Assembly: GCA_904063045.1 (NCBI GenBank)
Contig: CAJFCJ010000010.1
Coordinates: forward strand, 434,001-498,000
DNA length: 64,000 nucleotides
Reading direction: 5' to 3'
Source of the DNA: Dimorphilus gyrociliatus
Taxonomy: Eukaryota > Animalia > Annelida
Positions 16,227-28,800 of this stretch are shown here, in pieces (position 1 is the first letter of the stretch; each line of letters opens with the position of its first letter). Position numbers and translations under genes: made by a program. The notes below the pieces were generated by a model, which made no database searches, was not told the DNA's origin, and saw only the letters and a list, made by a program, of their open reading frames with translations.

Positions 16227-18618
16227 TAGAAGCAGAATCAGCCAAATGGGAAGTGGAAATTTGAATGTCAAGGAAGGTGAACGATTGAAAGATATGAGGT
16301 AAAGAAGGGAAGAAGAAAGAGAAGAGGAAGAAAAACAATTGACATAAACTTTTCAACTTTCCAAAGCAAAACAAAAGAGTAAAAAATAAATTTATGAAAT
16401 CTGTTTATTTTTAGTTTTTATTCACAATAAATGAATTCTCTAGTTGAATTATGGGATTCCCTTTTAAATTCAATTTATTAACTTATTTTACGGTAACATT
16501 ATATATTTGAATTAGATATTCAGAGAACAGTACACTTTTCGTTGTGAAAACAGAAAAATACATATAAACTGACGATGAGCAGGAGAAGAAGAATGGCTTT
16601 GTTCAGCCTTACAATGCGGCGCGTTTTGTAAGCGAAACTCGAAAACATCGGATTGTTTACAATAGATCTAAACTAGTAAGGCACATCAGATGCGTAAAAT
16701 AGTTAAAATTCTTTAAGTTGTTGTTCATATCCGGTAGGTGGCATCACCACTCAAATGTAAAATAGATGTCGCTCGAATAAGTTTTTCAAAAAAACTGCTT
16801 AGTTTTTACTTCGTTTTGAAATAACCACACACATATATTCTTTATAATTAATCTCTATTCTTACTCAGATTGAGGATTAAAGTCTTCATATCTAAATATA
16901 GAGAAGTTTAGATAATCACATTATGTCATAATATAACAATATATTGTATGTAAGTTTTTTCTTGGATTTTTTTAATTTTTTTTATAGTAATCAACCATTC
17001 CTGTCTCAAAAAAGAACAAAAACAAACAAATACTATTATTAAAGTGGTTTTTTTATATTTACAAAAAAAAAATGCTTAAACGTTCTCAATAAACAATTAT
17101 CGAAATTGTTAGACCATGCAAAGTCAATTATGGGTTATATGGGTAAAAAAAGGGGGGTATCCGCCTCATGTTTCCTTAGAGATAAGATTTCGGAAAGAAA
17201 TAACGACTTAAGAAGAAAAATTCATACAATACAAAGATTCGAACAATTCAAAAACATAAATAAATTGTAACAAGAATTTTCACAGTGTGAAATATCTTGT
17301 TAAAGTTTTTCTTTATTTTGTTTTCATAAAAGAATTTTCCCGCGTAATTTTAATTATTTAAAAAATAATATTAAAAGAGGAAAAGTAATTAAAATAACTC
17401 CTCATAACGGTTTCTACTTTTCTTTATCTGATTGCCGCCTTAAAGATCAATGACAGAGAGAGATGTCAAAGAAGAAATATCTCTAAATAGGCCTATGCAC
17501 GTATAAATTTAGCTTTAAAAAAAAGAGACGTAAGAATAGCGAATAACAAGAAAAGGAAAAAGAAATAATTGCCTAGGGGTTAATGAAATTTGTAAGATTT
17601 CAAGAGTTGTAAGATTTGATAACATTTCTAACATGTTTGATTTTTATCAAAGATTTTTATAACTTACTAATTTATACTTTGTCAGTTTTGATGATTTCTA
17701 CAAAAGGTTATCAGTATTCTAAAGAATTTGTAAGTAATAGATGTTAGATATAGGGGAGAATTGTAAGGACAAAATGAGGTCGCCGGAAAGCCGTCAATCG
17801 CATCCGCTCATAGAGTTCTCCGATATAATCTTTTGTTATATAGAGAGTATTTCTTTTACAATCGAATATAATAAATAGTAAAGAGGAAAATTTTTTGTCC
17901 AAAAATGAATTTCTACCGTTATTGAATTTTCCAAGGTCTGTTTTCTGCTTCCTAAGCGGTATTGTAATTTGTTATTTTTAAGTGAAAAAATTATTATTAT
18001 TTGCTCTTACGACTGAGTGAAAAGCCAATTATATTTGGTTAGACCCCTATTTATAGCTCGTGTTTTAAATGTGCCTGCAATGTCATAGTCTAAAATCAGT
18101 ATAGATATGTGATTTGTCGTTATCTTTTAGTGCAAAATGCGGGTGAATGGACACCTGTACAGTATAATACGATCTCGTGACATCGGGAAAAGATCTCACT
18201 TTGAAATTAACTTATCAATTTTGAAATTCACTATTTGATTAATAGGTAAATGCAGTGATCTGAAGTCAAACGGTCTTTTTTACATTTCCATTCAAGGTGC
18301 GATAGCGTTTTTTTCTTGTGTAGAAAAATTCAAAGATATCCTTTTATATGCAATAAGATTTGTACAGGGTTGAAGGGGTTACACGCCCAGTAACGAAAAT
18401 AGACTTGGTTTTGCAACGCCCATTGGCGTGATGTTACAGATTAACAATTTTATTACTGTTTCGGAATTCAATCGTGGTGAGAAGATACAAAGAATTATTC
18501 GTTTCATTAATTCAATTTATTCCTATATATATAAATATATATATTTCTATATATAGACAAAGAATAAATATGAAAAATATGCGATAAATATAGATTTTGT
18601 TGGAAAAAAATTTTCGTC

Positions 18619-18622
<4 letters not shown>

Positions 18623-18680
<58 letters not shown>
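18623..18680. repeat. (AG)n microsatellite
   Basis: About 29 uninterrupted AG units. Confidence 0.98.
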
Positions 18681-18685
<5 letters not shown>

Positions 18686-19043
18686 AATCACGAAAATACA
18701 TTTAAAAGAATGGAACATTAACACCTAAACACGCACTTTTTTTCTTCTTTTTCTTCTTCGAGAATTCACAATTCAAGTACGGAATATACAGATTAGACAA
18801 GACTCTTTTTTTGCTTAGAACACTGAATTTTTACAACAAAGCATGCCTAAAATGGTTTCTTTCCTTCTAGTATTATAAATAAGAAGACTACCGAGAAATT
18901 GGAACGGTAGACGGTACATTTAAAATATACTGTGTATTCTACAGTATAATAAATATATGTGCACGTCTTTACAGTGCTTATAAATTAGGGTAAGACTCTT
19001 GCTCCTCCTCTTCACTCTACTTGATTTAAACAAAACGTTTCTA

Positions 19044-20821
19044 CTACCCAACATCAATAATACACTCAGGTTCTCCTTCTTCATCCTCCTCTTCGTCTTC
19101 TTCGTCTATTTCATCTTCTTCCTCCTCTTCTTCTTCAGCTTCACTAGATTCTTCTTTTTTTACCTCTTGTATTTCTTCTTTGTGAGAATGCCTTTCGTGA
19201 ACTTTCTTATGCCGTTCTAAATTTGATTTGTGAGATGTAGCGTAATCGCATTGGGTACATGTGAAATCTTTTTTCCCACTATGGACGGCTAGGTGTCTTT
19301 TTAATAGTGCTTTACGACAAAAATTTCGCCCGCAAAAACGGCACATATATCCATTTGAATGGAAGATAAGGACGTGATCCCTAAGCGCAGCTTTATTTTT
19401 AAAGGAAACGTTGCAGCATTCCAGTAGTTTGTCACAACTTTGATGCATTGTAGAAACGTGCCGCTTAAGATTATTCTTTCGATCGGTAACATATCTGCAT
19501 AACTGACAATTATATAATTTCTTCGAATGAGCATTAAAGACCGGGAAGAAAGGAGAAGTTAAGTGTGGCATGGGAGTTGGTGGTAGATAGGGAGGTCTAA
19601 AATGAGGCAGAACTAGCGGCCAGCTGATAAAAGTTGATGAAAAAAAAGCAAAGGATAAACGTTAAACATTCCATAAATAATCAATAAATAATTAAATCGC
19701 AAAACGAGATCGATTCCAACACTACGTGGGGTCTAGACGCGGTTCGTTTCCTACCACAATTTACGCGTAATTAGGTCATTGGACAGAAATAAGACGGCTA
19801 ATCTTTTTTTTGTTACTCTAAACAGCTGAAACGGCATTTAGAACAGAAAATAAATAGCAAAAAAAAAATGATATTTAATCTTAATAAATGACGATTGATT
19901 GCATAAGGAAACCTGGAAATATATCTAAAAATATCCACTCTCTGCGTACTGAAACCCTCTTTGTATATTGTACATATTGTATATAGTACTGCATTATTTC
20001 TAGAGTACGCAGTGTTAATTTATCCGCTAAATATAATATGATTTCCTTTAACAAAAGTGTTAGTCTATTAGACAGCTATAATAAATAAAACCTATAACTA
20101 TAGTAAAGATTGAAAAACAGAGAATAACAAACGCTTCTACCGATCAAGTATTGTTAGAACGTTATCCCTGCTATTCTTCTGTACAATAGCTATTGATTCT
20201 TTTCTAACATTTAATTTGTATACGGTATAAATAGTAAAAATATAGTTATTTATTAATGATGAAATATTATCCTTTTTGGTTTTATATTTCGATTAGACGA
20301 GTTGAAAATCTTAAATTGTAGCTATCCCCTTATCCGTCTTGCTACCCCTCCGGTTAAATCAATTGTAAAGCTACTAGGTACTTGTGTTTCTTGAGAAAAC
20401 TGTGCGCTAAGCATACATTATGCATTGTGCAGTATATACATATTATGTACTGCATATTAGATATATATTTTTGATAATGAAATTATTTCCATGAGTGCAA
20501 TAAGGGCGTTTCTTATATTCTCTTTAGGAGGAGTTTGCATGACATGCGATGACGTGATAGCTTCATTTTCGCTTTAAATATGGAACTTTCGCGGTCATAA
20601 AAGTTCAAAAGGTAGTTTGCGAAATTCAATAAAATATTTATAATTAAACGCTGAATTACATTTAAAAAAATGGTATAAAAAGTTTTCTTCACCCTTTTAA
20701 CTTACCGAAAATTTAAGGATAGACACATGGCGGTTGAAGGAGCACTCGCTACGAATTGATTGAGAACGCGAGGATTCTCTGAACTTAAGTAGTGACCTTG
20801 ACCTGATGAGGCCGAATCCAT
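19044..20821 (-). CDS. C2H2 zinc-finger protein with acidic C-terminal tail (2 coding exons)
   Basis: Exon 20821-20706 (MDSASSGQGH...LSLNF, donor CG|GTAAGT) joins in phase to exon 19623-19044 (acceptor atcAG|C). Four fingers, e.g. YMCRFCGRNFCRKALLKRHLAVH and FTCTQCDYATSHKSNLERHKKVH, then a poly-E/D tail. Confidence 0.85.
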
Positions 20822-20840
20822 TCGATGTGTTCGGCTTATA

Positions 20841-21179
20841 TCAGCAACGACTCTGGACATTCTTCAATAGTTTAAACATCTCGAATGTCACTTTATTTCT
20901 ATTCCAATATAATTGGCAGTGATGCTTGACATCCTCTGACCAATCATCATTCGTTTGGTACCACGTGATGTATATTTCTACCCAATCAGAGATGTCCGAA
21001 TATAAATCAAACATTACTTTTGTCTGTAAATAGTAACTTCGTTGTAATTTATGTAAACAAATTTTGTACCGAAGAAGACGTCTCAGAGAAAACTTTGGCA
21101 GGAGATTTGAGCTAAAAGAACCTAAATAAGCAATAGATTTGTATATGGTGCGGCAAAGATAATTCGTTTCCGATCCCAA
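20841..21179 (-). other. Long stop-free frame (uORF candidate) in the probable 5' leader of the zinc-finger gene
   Basis: 112 codons from a TTG. The first ATG is at 21014 (57 aa). It stops 19 nt before the zinc-finger ATG, in a different frame. Confidence 0.3.
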
Positions 21180-23187
21180 TGGGGCTAGTCATTCAAATGT
21201 TAGCCGTTTCAAGTTTCTAAGGATGTAGAGACAGCAGGAAAATTAGAACGTCTGTCATTTTATAGACGTACAAATTGCTATATCCGGTAAATTCTTTGAA
21301 ACGTTTCTCCTTTTCTAAAACTTCCGCCAGGTCACGCAAACGATAAAAGACGCGTGTCTACATTATATGTTATAAAATGCTCTCTTTAGTTATGTATATA
21401 TACAGACATTCTCTATATTGTAAATTAAAGATCAGTGTGTAGAAGCACAGACTTTCACCTTGCAAACTGTGTAAAATGACGAAAAGCGAACTATTTCCGT
21501 ACGATTGAGATCGATATATTCCTTTCTCTCCACCCCCGCTTTTAATGACCGTTATATTTCCATGCTATTGTTCTTTGCTTCTCTTTGTTTACTATTTCCG
21601 TAAACTCTGCTATCATTCCTGGACATCAAACCGTTAATTATATAGTTAATAGAACCATAGGAAGGCGTGAAAAATTCGCCAACTAAATAATTAAGCTGGA
21701 TAATTGCATATGTTAAATGGAAGAAGAATTTCCACGTAGAACCCCTGCGTCTTTGAAACTTCAATCGCACGTGCTGTCTCTTTCTTCTCTCAAATTTTGT
21801 AGATTTAAATTCAGAAGTCCACGGAATGGACAACTTGGAATTTTTATTGACATAAGAAAGCGCGGCGCCACCCCCTCCTGGGTTCGGTTGACGGGAAATC
21901 ACCCATCGAATGGAAATAATAATGTTTTTTCTTTTTTTTTGAATTATACATACAAAAAGAGAAAAAAAAATAACAGATATTCAAGTTTTAAGCATTTATT
22001 TTCTCTTATCTGAACAAATTATAGAGCAGAATTTTTTGATAAGATCAGATTTTTTTTTGTTGTACTTATAAGATTGTTCAAAAAGTCATACTAGGCTGGT
22101 CTTATTATAACATACAAGCAATAGAAGGCGAAGGAAATTATAAAGAGAGAGAAAGAGAGAGAGAGGATTGAATTTTAAAGAAAAATTTTACTTTTATATT
22201 TAAATTATTTAAAATCGTTGTAAAAAAATATAAAGAAAGGGGAATTCATTAAGTGCACCTGTCCATATAGGTACTAAATACGATGAAAAAAAAGTTATCA
22301 CGTAAAAGGGTGATTTGTAAGTACTCAAGCCACAACACAGGTAGCGCTAAATATAAATGAAAACAAATTTCTTTCTAAGATTGAGAATTTTGATAAAAAA
22401 GTTTTTTCTCTTTCCTAAACGATTGTACCGTCAATTATTTTATATCTAAAGAAGGAGTTTCTCTATAACCATAGCCCTTTTTGGAAATTTTAAAACTATT
22501 TAAAGAAAATGAGGGATGGTCTATATTGAAGTAAAATGATGATTCTGTTATCATTCATTCAGTTGAATATTGTAGTTGTTTGTTTGGTTATAGGAAAAAC
22601 AAATATAATAGTTTAGTTATGTATAATATTGAACATTCTTAGAAATTGACATGGAACTATATCAAATTATCCAAGAGTTTTCATTCTATTATTTTAAAAA
22701 GTAATAATATGTCCTACTATGAACAATAATTTTATCGAAGCTTTCCCAAAAAAATTACTTGCTTATATATAGATATATAATAATACAAAATCTATTCAGA
22801 ATTAATCCCCCGTATGATTCATGGCAGACAATCTGAGTAGGCTCAAAATTTTTTATAAATGATATGCTTTAAGTTTACAAGAGTTTTAAATCAGTACTTA
22901 CATCTTATGCTCCATTTCATTAGCACCCTACGAATAATAATAATACTATTATTCTCCCAAATATCGATTCTTGGCTCCTACTTTCTTTATATGAGCATAG
23001 GTGAAAATAAGTTTAGAAAGTCGGTGTTTTAAGATTTAGTTTAGAGTTTCATTATTAAGAAACAGATAATCCGTTTAGGCTTGCTTGTAAGTTTTCCTTC
23101 GTTTCTATTTCTTCTGCAAGCTATAAAAGTAAACCTAATCGCTAATCAGTCAATCTAAACCAAGAAGTGATAGAAGCATTAACTACA

Positions 23188-23667
23188 ATGAATAAGTTAA
23201 TTTTTCAAATTATATGCTGCTCTCTCTTTGTCACACAAGTTTTATGTAAACCCTACGAGGGATTACTAAAACTGAATCTGGAAAAGACATCATCAACTTT
23301 GGGTAGGATTCAACAAAAAATACATTGTAGAAAGACTGCATCCGTTCTGGACCTATTAATTCCGAAATGCGAGTTCCCATGTTACAGAGAGTACGAAGAC
23401 TGCCAATTATTGAAACTAAGATGGCTTTTAATAGAAACAAGACTGATTGGAAAAAGTATGGAAAGCAATCACCGTCGGTTCATCGAGCATAATCTACTGG
23501 CAATAGAGAATGCGATTGAAAGAGTATTGAGAGGTGATCTAACGCCTTATCAATGTGATAATTTTGAAAGAAACTTGAATGACATTTATATGTCTTTCTC
23601 AGGGAAGAGACGACAATACTTGAACATTGAAAGAGGTATTAATATTCTCAGATCCTTAATGAAATGA
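23188..23667 (+). CDS. Secreted 159-aa predicted all-helical protein of unknown family (paralog A), intronless CDS
   Basis: ATG at 23188, signal peptide MNKLIFQIICCSLFVTQVLC and an upstream GTAAGT...ttctgcaAG intron (probably 5' UTR). Shares motifs with the 24592 ORF. Confidence 0.8.
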   Translation: MNKLIFQIICCSLFVTQVLCKPYEGLLKLNLEKTSSTLGRIQQKIHCRKTASVLDLLIPKCEFPCYREYEDCQLLKLRWLLIETRLIGKSMESNHRRFIEHNLLAIENAIERVLRGDLTPYQCDNFERNLNDIYMSFSGKRRQYLNIERGINILRSLMK

Positions 23668-24591
23668 AAGAGACATTTTACACTATTCTACTATTTGAAC
23701 AATTTTTTCCTGCCAAAAATTAATTTACGTCATTCTTATACTGTATATAACCAAATATATATTTTAATAACAACCGTTTATTTAAAAAATAATACATTTT
23801 CATAAAACCATGAGATATTAGTAAGCGGAGTAAAATATAAACACTTAGATTATTAGATTACTTAAACTTTATAATTTAATTAAAAGTTTGCAAAGATAAC
23901 ATAAACTAATTTATGTTATAGTATCAAAAAAGAAAAAAAAAAGCCTAAACTTTCTCTATTCATACAAACACGAATTTGAAAGACCCTATCGAAAAGTATA
24001 AAATCACAAAACAAAAAAAGAAATAAAAGCCGAAATGAACGTAATAAATCGCGAATATTTAGATATTGAATAACTATAAAAGAAACAAATTTAATTGATA
24101 TATATAATATATCAGAATATACATATATATCGATAAACTTATGTACAATTACCATACAAATATGATTTTGCTATCCTTTTACGCGTGTTCAAACATGTTA
24201 ATCTATAACTCTATTGTAAAATAAAATTGAAGTTTCCTATACAGAATGGTAAACTCTAATAAACAATTTGAAATGAGCATTTGTTTTCTTGACTTTTTAA
24301 TTATAAAGTATAAATAGTTTATCTTAGTTAATTGTTGTTTTATTAAGAAAAAAGTTTTTCCCACTTTTTAAAATTTCCTTTTCTAAACTCTTGCTTATGT
24401 AAAAATTAATTCGATAGTTTAAACAAACTCTATTGTCCTTTTACTGAATATAATAAATATATTGAAATGAACATAGAATTTTGTCTATTTTTTAAATTTG
24501 TATTTTCCACAGGAGTTTTTACTCTTTTGAGTTTGATTCGCTCTCTGAGTCACTTTTAACCATTGTATATACAGTACAAACAGTATATAAA

Positions 24592-25128
24592 ATGAAACAG
24601 AACTTATTTCTCAAGGAAATGGAACCGATAACTTTCAAGAACTTTTTACTTCTCGGTATAGTTTTAATAGAACTTGTTAAATCTGTTACTTCCAATAAGT
24701 GTCAATATATTAAGAATTATCAGCTTGATTCGCTGAAGCTGGAAACCAATTTGATAATAATAAAAAATAAGCTGGCCTTGTCTCCGACGATAGAGCACAT
24801 TGAAAGGCTAGTACCGAGATGCAAAATGAGGCGCACTGCCTATCGCGGAAACTTGAAACGACTGTTTGAAATGAGATGGCTGTTAAAGGAGTCTGTAGCA
24901 GTTAGTGAGAAAATTGACGACAAAGTTTATACTTTTTTTGGGCAGAGTTTGGCTCATTTGATATGTGATATCGAACGACAATTTAAGAGAACACACTTAC
25001 CTGAATATAAATGTAAGGAACTGAAAACTTCATCCCTCAGAGGGTCGATAAAAGTAACTGCTGGGAAACATTTTCTGCATAAAAATCTTAGCAAAGTAGC
25101 AAGGATGGCTTCAAAACTTAAAAAATAG
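24592..25128 (+). CDS. Secreted 169-178-aa predicted all-helical protein of unknown family (paralog B), intronless CDS
   Basis: ATG at 24592 or 24619, signal peptide FKNFLLLGIVLIELVKS and an upstream ttttccacAG acceptor. Motifs LVPRC, RWLLKE, IER and EYKC are shared with paralog A. Confidence 0.8.
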   Translation: MKQNLFLKEMEPITFKNFLLLGIVLIELVKSVTSNKCQYIKNYQLDSLKLETNLIIIKNKLALSPTIEHIERLVPRCKMRRTAYRGNLKRLFEMRWLLKESVAVSEKIDDKVYTFFGQSLAHLICDIERQFKRTHLPEYKCKELKTSSLRGSIKVTAGKHFLHKNLSKVARMASKLKK

Positions 25129-25833
25129 ACTATTATTTAAAACTATTTTTTGTAATATACTTGAATATATCAATACACTTGTAAATATAAATTATACACA
25201 GCGTCATAAACTATGAAAGATATTCTCTAAGAATTAATTAGATTTGTGTCTAAAAGTTATCTGTTTGTTACTGAAAGTGTTAACTTTATTATTAGACTTT
25301 AGGCAGGAGATGAAATACAATATTTCAGCAGTATTCTCTTCAAAGATATGTTAAAACCCCTATAACTAAAGTCTGTTGAAAATCATTTACGGTATAATCA
25401 GAAGAACTAAACTCCCTGTCTCTAAGAAAGTAATATTTTTCTATCGATTTTTCTTTGTGGTTTTAAGGTGAAAATGTCTTTTATCAACGTCTCTTCCTAC
25501 ATGGTTTTCTGATGGGGGAAAAAGCTTTTTTGCATGAATGAATAAACTTAGTAATCTCCTATGACATCTTTTTGTAGGCCGTAGTTAATATCTGCAAGGT
25601 TGTATTGATAAAAGGCATGCTCTATAAAAAAATTTTACCAATCCTTTAAAAAATTATCAAATATGATACTAAAATCCTAAACTGACCTAGGTGTTAAGAC
25701 TTTTTTCTTATGAAGATAACAAACAACTCTTGAAGTAATTTTATTTTACGTTATTTTAGCAATACTTGTATAAACCAGGTGATAACCGTTTTTTCTGAAC
25801 AGAAAAAGTTATATACATTTAATTTTTTTGAGT

Positions 25834-28800
25834 TTAATTATCTCCCGTCTGCTCATTGATAATTTCAAACACGTCTGTCCAATAATTTTCTCCAATATTT
25901 TCAGACGTGTTCAAATTTACTGCATATTTATTTTCAAAATGTTTATCTTCAGTAGAATCTAATAAGTTCGTTGGAGTATTGGAGTTTAAGACGTATAAAG
26001 TGGTTGAAATTTCCTGATTTGTTTGTCTCAGATTAATTGCTTCTGGCAACATATCTTCCATAAGATTTGGTGAATTTTCAGTTTCTTCATCAGTCATTAT
26101 ATCAAAGTTATAAGTTATTGAAGAAGCCGTTGCCTCCATGTCAGAGACACTATTCAGAGATTGATCATCGGAATCAGAATTATTATTGTCAGAGTCGTCT
26201 TCCTGGCATATGCATTCTTCCAGCTTGTTTAAGCATTCCCAACACATTTCTTGTTTACACAGAGAACAAATGACATGATTACATCCTTCTAATTTTTCTA
26301 TACCGATTAGGCAGTTGGGACATAATTTTCTATTCTTTGGATTACGCTTCATCCATTCTGTTAGTTTTGGATCTATTTCTTTAGATGAACTAAAGAAATC
26401 GCACGGTATACCTTCATGCCAGGTTCGATTGCAGTTTGTGCAGGTTTTGGTTTTACATCCTGGACATTTAAACATATTTCTAACAGTGGTTGTAGCAAAG
26501 ACATATTCGCAATCGGACGTTGGGCAGACTCGAATTAAATTTTTATTCATTGCAATGAATCTGTTCATTGATAGCTGAATGAAGCTAGCGACATCTTCAG
26601 TACTTATAACTTTTTTTATGTCTTGCATAAGTATTGGTTTATAGCACTTATCTTCTGCGCACAACAGGGGATATTCAAATGTCATAGATTTCGATGCACT
26701 AAGCTGATTTTTTAAACAAGAAACACAATAGAAATGTCCACATAATCTGAAAAAAATAAATATCAATTAGAACTTTCAATAATTTAATAGATAATATTAA
26801 ACATTACGTTAATTCCATTGTATTATCGCAAACTTCTGTCTCAAAGCAAATGCAACAATGTCGAGTATTTGTTAGAAAGTTACCAATAATAAATGCTGCA
26901 TTTGACAGGGCTTGCATATCTATCGACATTAGCAGTAATTGTCGGTGATTTTTTATTATTTTAATATTTCCAAGTTCCGCTCGTTTATTATAAATTACAT
27001 CATTCAAGTTTTCTCGAGCTTTCGCGAAAGCTATATGCAGATTTTTCATATAGGTCATAGGTGGGGCAATATCAAATGCATAAGTAACGAGGAATTCAGA
27101 CAATAAACCAATATCCATTTCGTGTTTCTTGAATGCTTGCCAAAGTATACTTTGAGATGAGTTCGTATAATTCATTGATTCACTAATTTTAGTTGTTTGT
27201 ATACACTTATCATTTAATGAGATAATCCGTTCAGTATCTGATTCCTCGTCGACAAATAAATCTACCCCAAAGTATGTTTGAATCTCTGTTTGAGTTGCAA
27301 TATTTTTCAAGTGACAACCTTTGAGAGTGTATTCTATGCCGCAAACATCTCCAGACAGTTTTCTAAATCCAAACTTATTAAACAAAGCATTTAGGCTCCT
27401 AGCATGAATTTGAATATTTCGTTCTTCATTAGTCTCCGTTATCGTTTGCTTGAATGCACTGTTTAATATAGGCAATTCGCACTGCTTAGAACTCTTCGCT
27501 AAATCATCCATTATGTAATTTTCTGCAGGAATATATAAGCTATCATAATCAATTTCGAAACTGCAGTTGTGTCTTATCCTTCCCACGACCTTGAAAAGCA
27601 ATGTAGCTTCATTGCCACAAGTATTAGATGGAAGGTTAGAAGTTTCTTCGAATGTAGATCTTATATAAAGCTTCTTTACTACAGTGGAGAGAAATTGCTT
27701 TGAACATTCTAGATCGCACAAATCGTTGAGTTGTAAATTGATATCACTATTATATAAACTTAAATAATGCGAAGACTTTTCCAAAAGTATATTATTATGA
27801 ACCAAAAATGCATCATCATGAACTAACAGCCTGTCGAACATTTGGGTTGTTAATAGCTTTAACTTTTCCTCTGGAATTTTTTGATAAGTATGATCGGACT
27901 GTATTCGACATTTTGAATTAAAAGTATTCTTTCCCTCGTTCAGTATTTCTCTTAATTGTTGTAAATAGTTTATGAAATGACTCAAAACAAAAATATCCAA
28001 AGGTCTATCAATTATAAACTTTAATTCAACATTTTGAGTTTGTTGATTAGTTTTTTTCAAAACTTTGAATTCAAATAATTCCGTGAAAAAGTATATATTT
28101 GATTTTAAGCAGTCATATTCCAATGAATTTAATTGGAAATAAACATAAGGATCATAACTAACCGATAACTTGTAAGAAGAAGCCTTGATGCGTACACGAT
28201 GATTTAGTGGAAAACTATGTTCCGTTGAAATTAGGCTTATTATCTCCTGTGGATTCTTGAAAAATAGTCTTGCTCTTAAAAGGGATTCAGAAGAGTTCAT
28301 TTCATAAATTTGGAAAAAAGAGTCCTTGTAAAAATGATTAAACATATCTTGCAAGCTGTCTGCCATTGAACAAATCTGACTGATTGATATTGGCTCCTGC
28401 TGTTGAACAGATTTAACCCATACAACTTCGACATGGTATTGAAAAGAAAATTCTTTTTTTATGTCGTCCTCTGATGGATAAATAAAAGAGTTAGAATCAA
28501 GCGAGTTGCTTAGTTCTAGGTAAACAACTCTTTCAGATACATTTTGAATCGAACCAAACACTCTGTGAACAAGAAGACCTGCACTCCAATCTTTTTCTTC
28601 ACCTTCAAAGCAAATTAAAAATGCCGTCTGTGTATCGTTTCTTGCTTTTAATTCTAAATCAACACAGGGACCGATGGCTCTTTCTTCACTATTTAGTAAG
28701 ACTTTTGATAAACCATACCATGTGTTAGATTGATTCAAATCGAGAAATTCGTATGAATTGACGGTCTGTAGAATTAACTTTCCCCAAAGATAAGGAAATT

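Noticed and set aside
18507-18724. ORFs containing [12 protein letters not shown] or ERERER runs (also near 3247, 12941, 37605, 42071, 46819, 62269, 62692)
   Set aside because: These are translations of microsatellites or low-complexity DNA, not genes.
20803-20844. CTGATGAG followed by a stem, resembling a hammerhead ribozyme core or a C/D snoRNA box C
   Set aside because: No GAAA follows the stem and there is no convincing box D or terminal stem. The region is better explained as the antisense of the zinc-finger first coding exon and leader.
22636-22644. STAT/GAS-like site TTCTTAGAA upstream of the secreted pair
   Set aside because: A single 9-mer of this type is expected by chance at this AT content.
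22536-22850. Possible third, decayed paralog of the secreted pair (signal-peptide-like MMILLSFIQLNIVVVCLVIG*, later LIPR)
   Set aside because: It stops after 26 aa and the similarity is too weak to distinguish from chance in AT-rich DNA.
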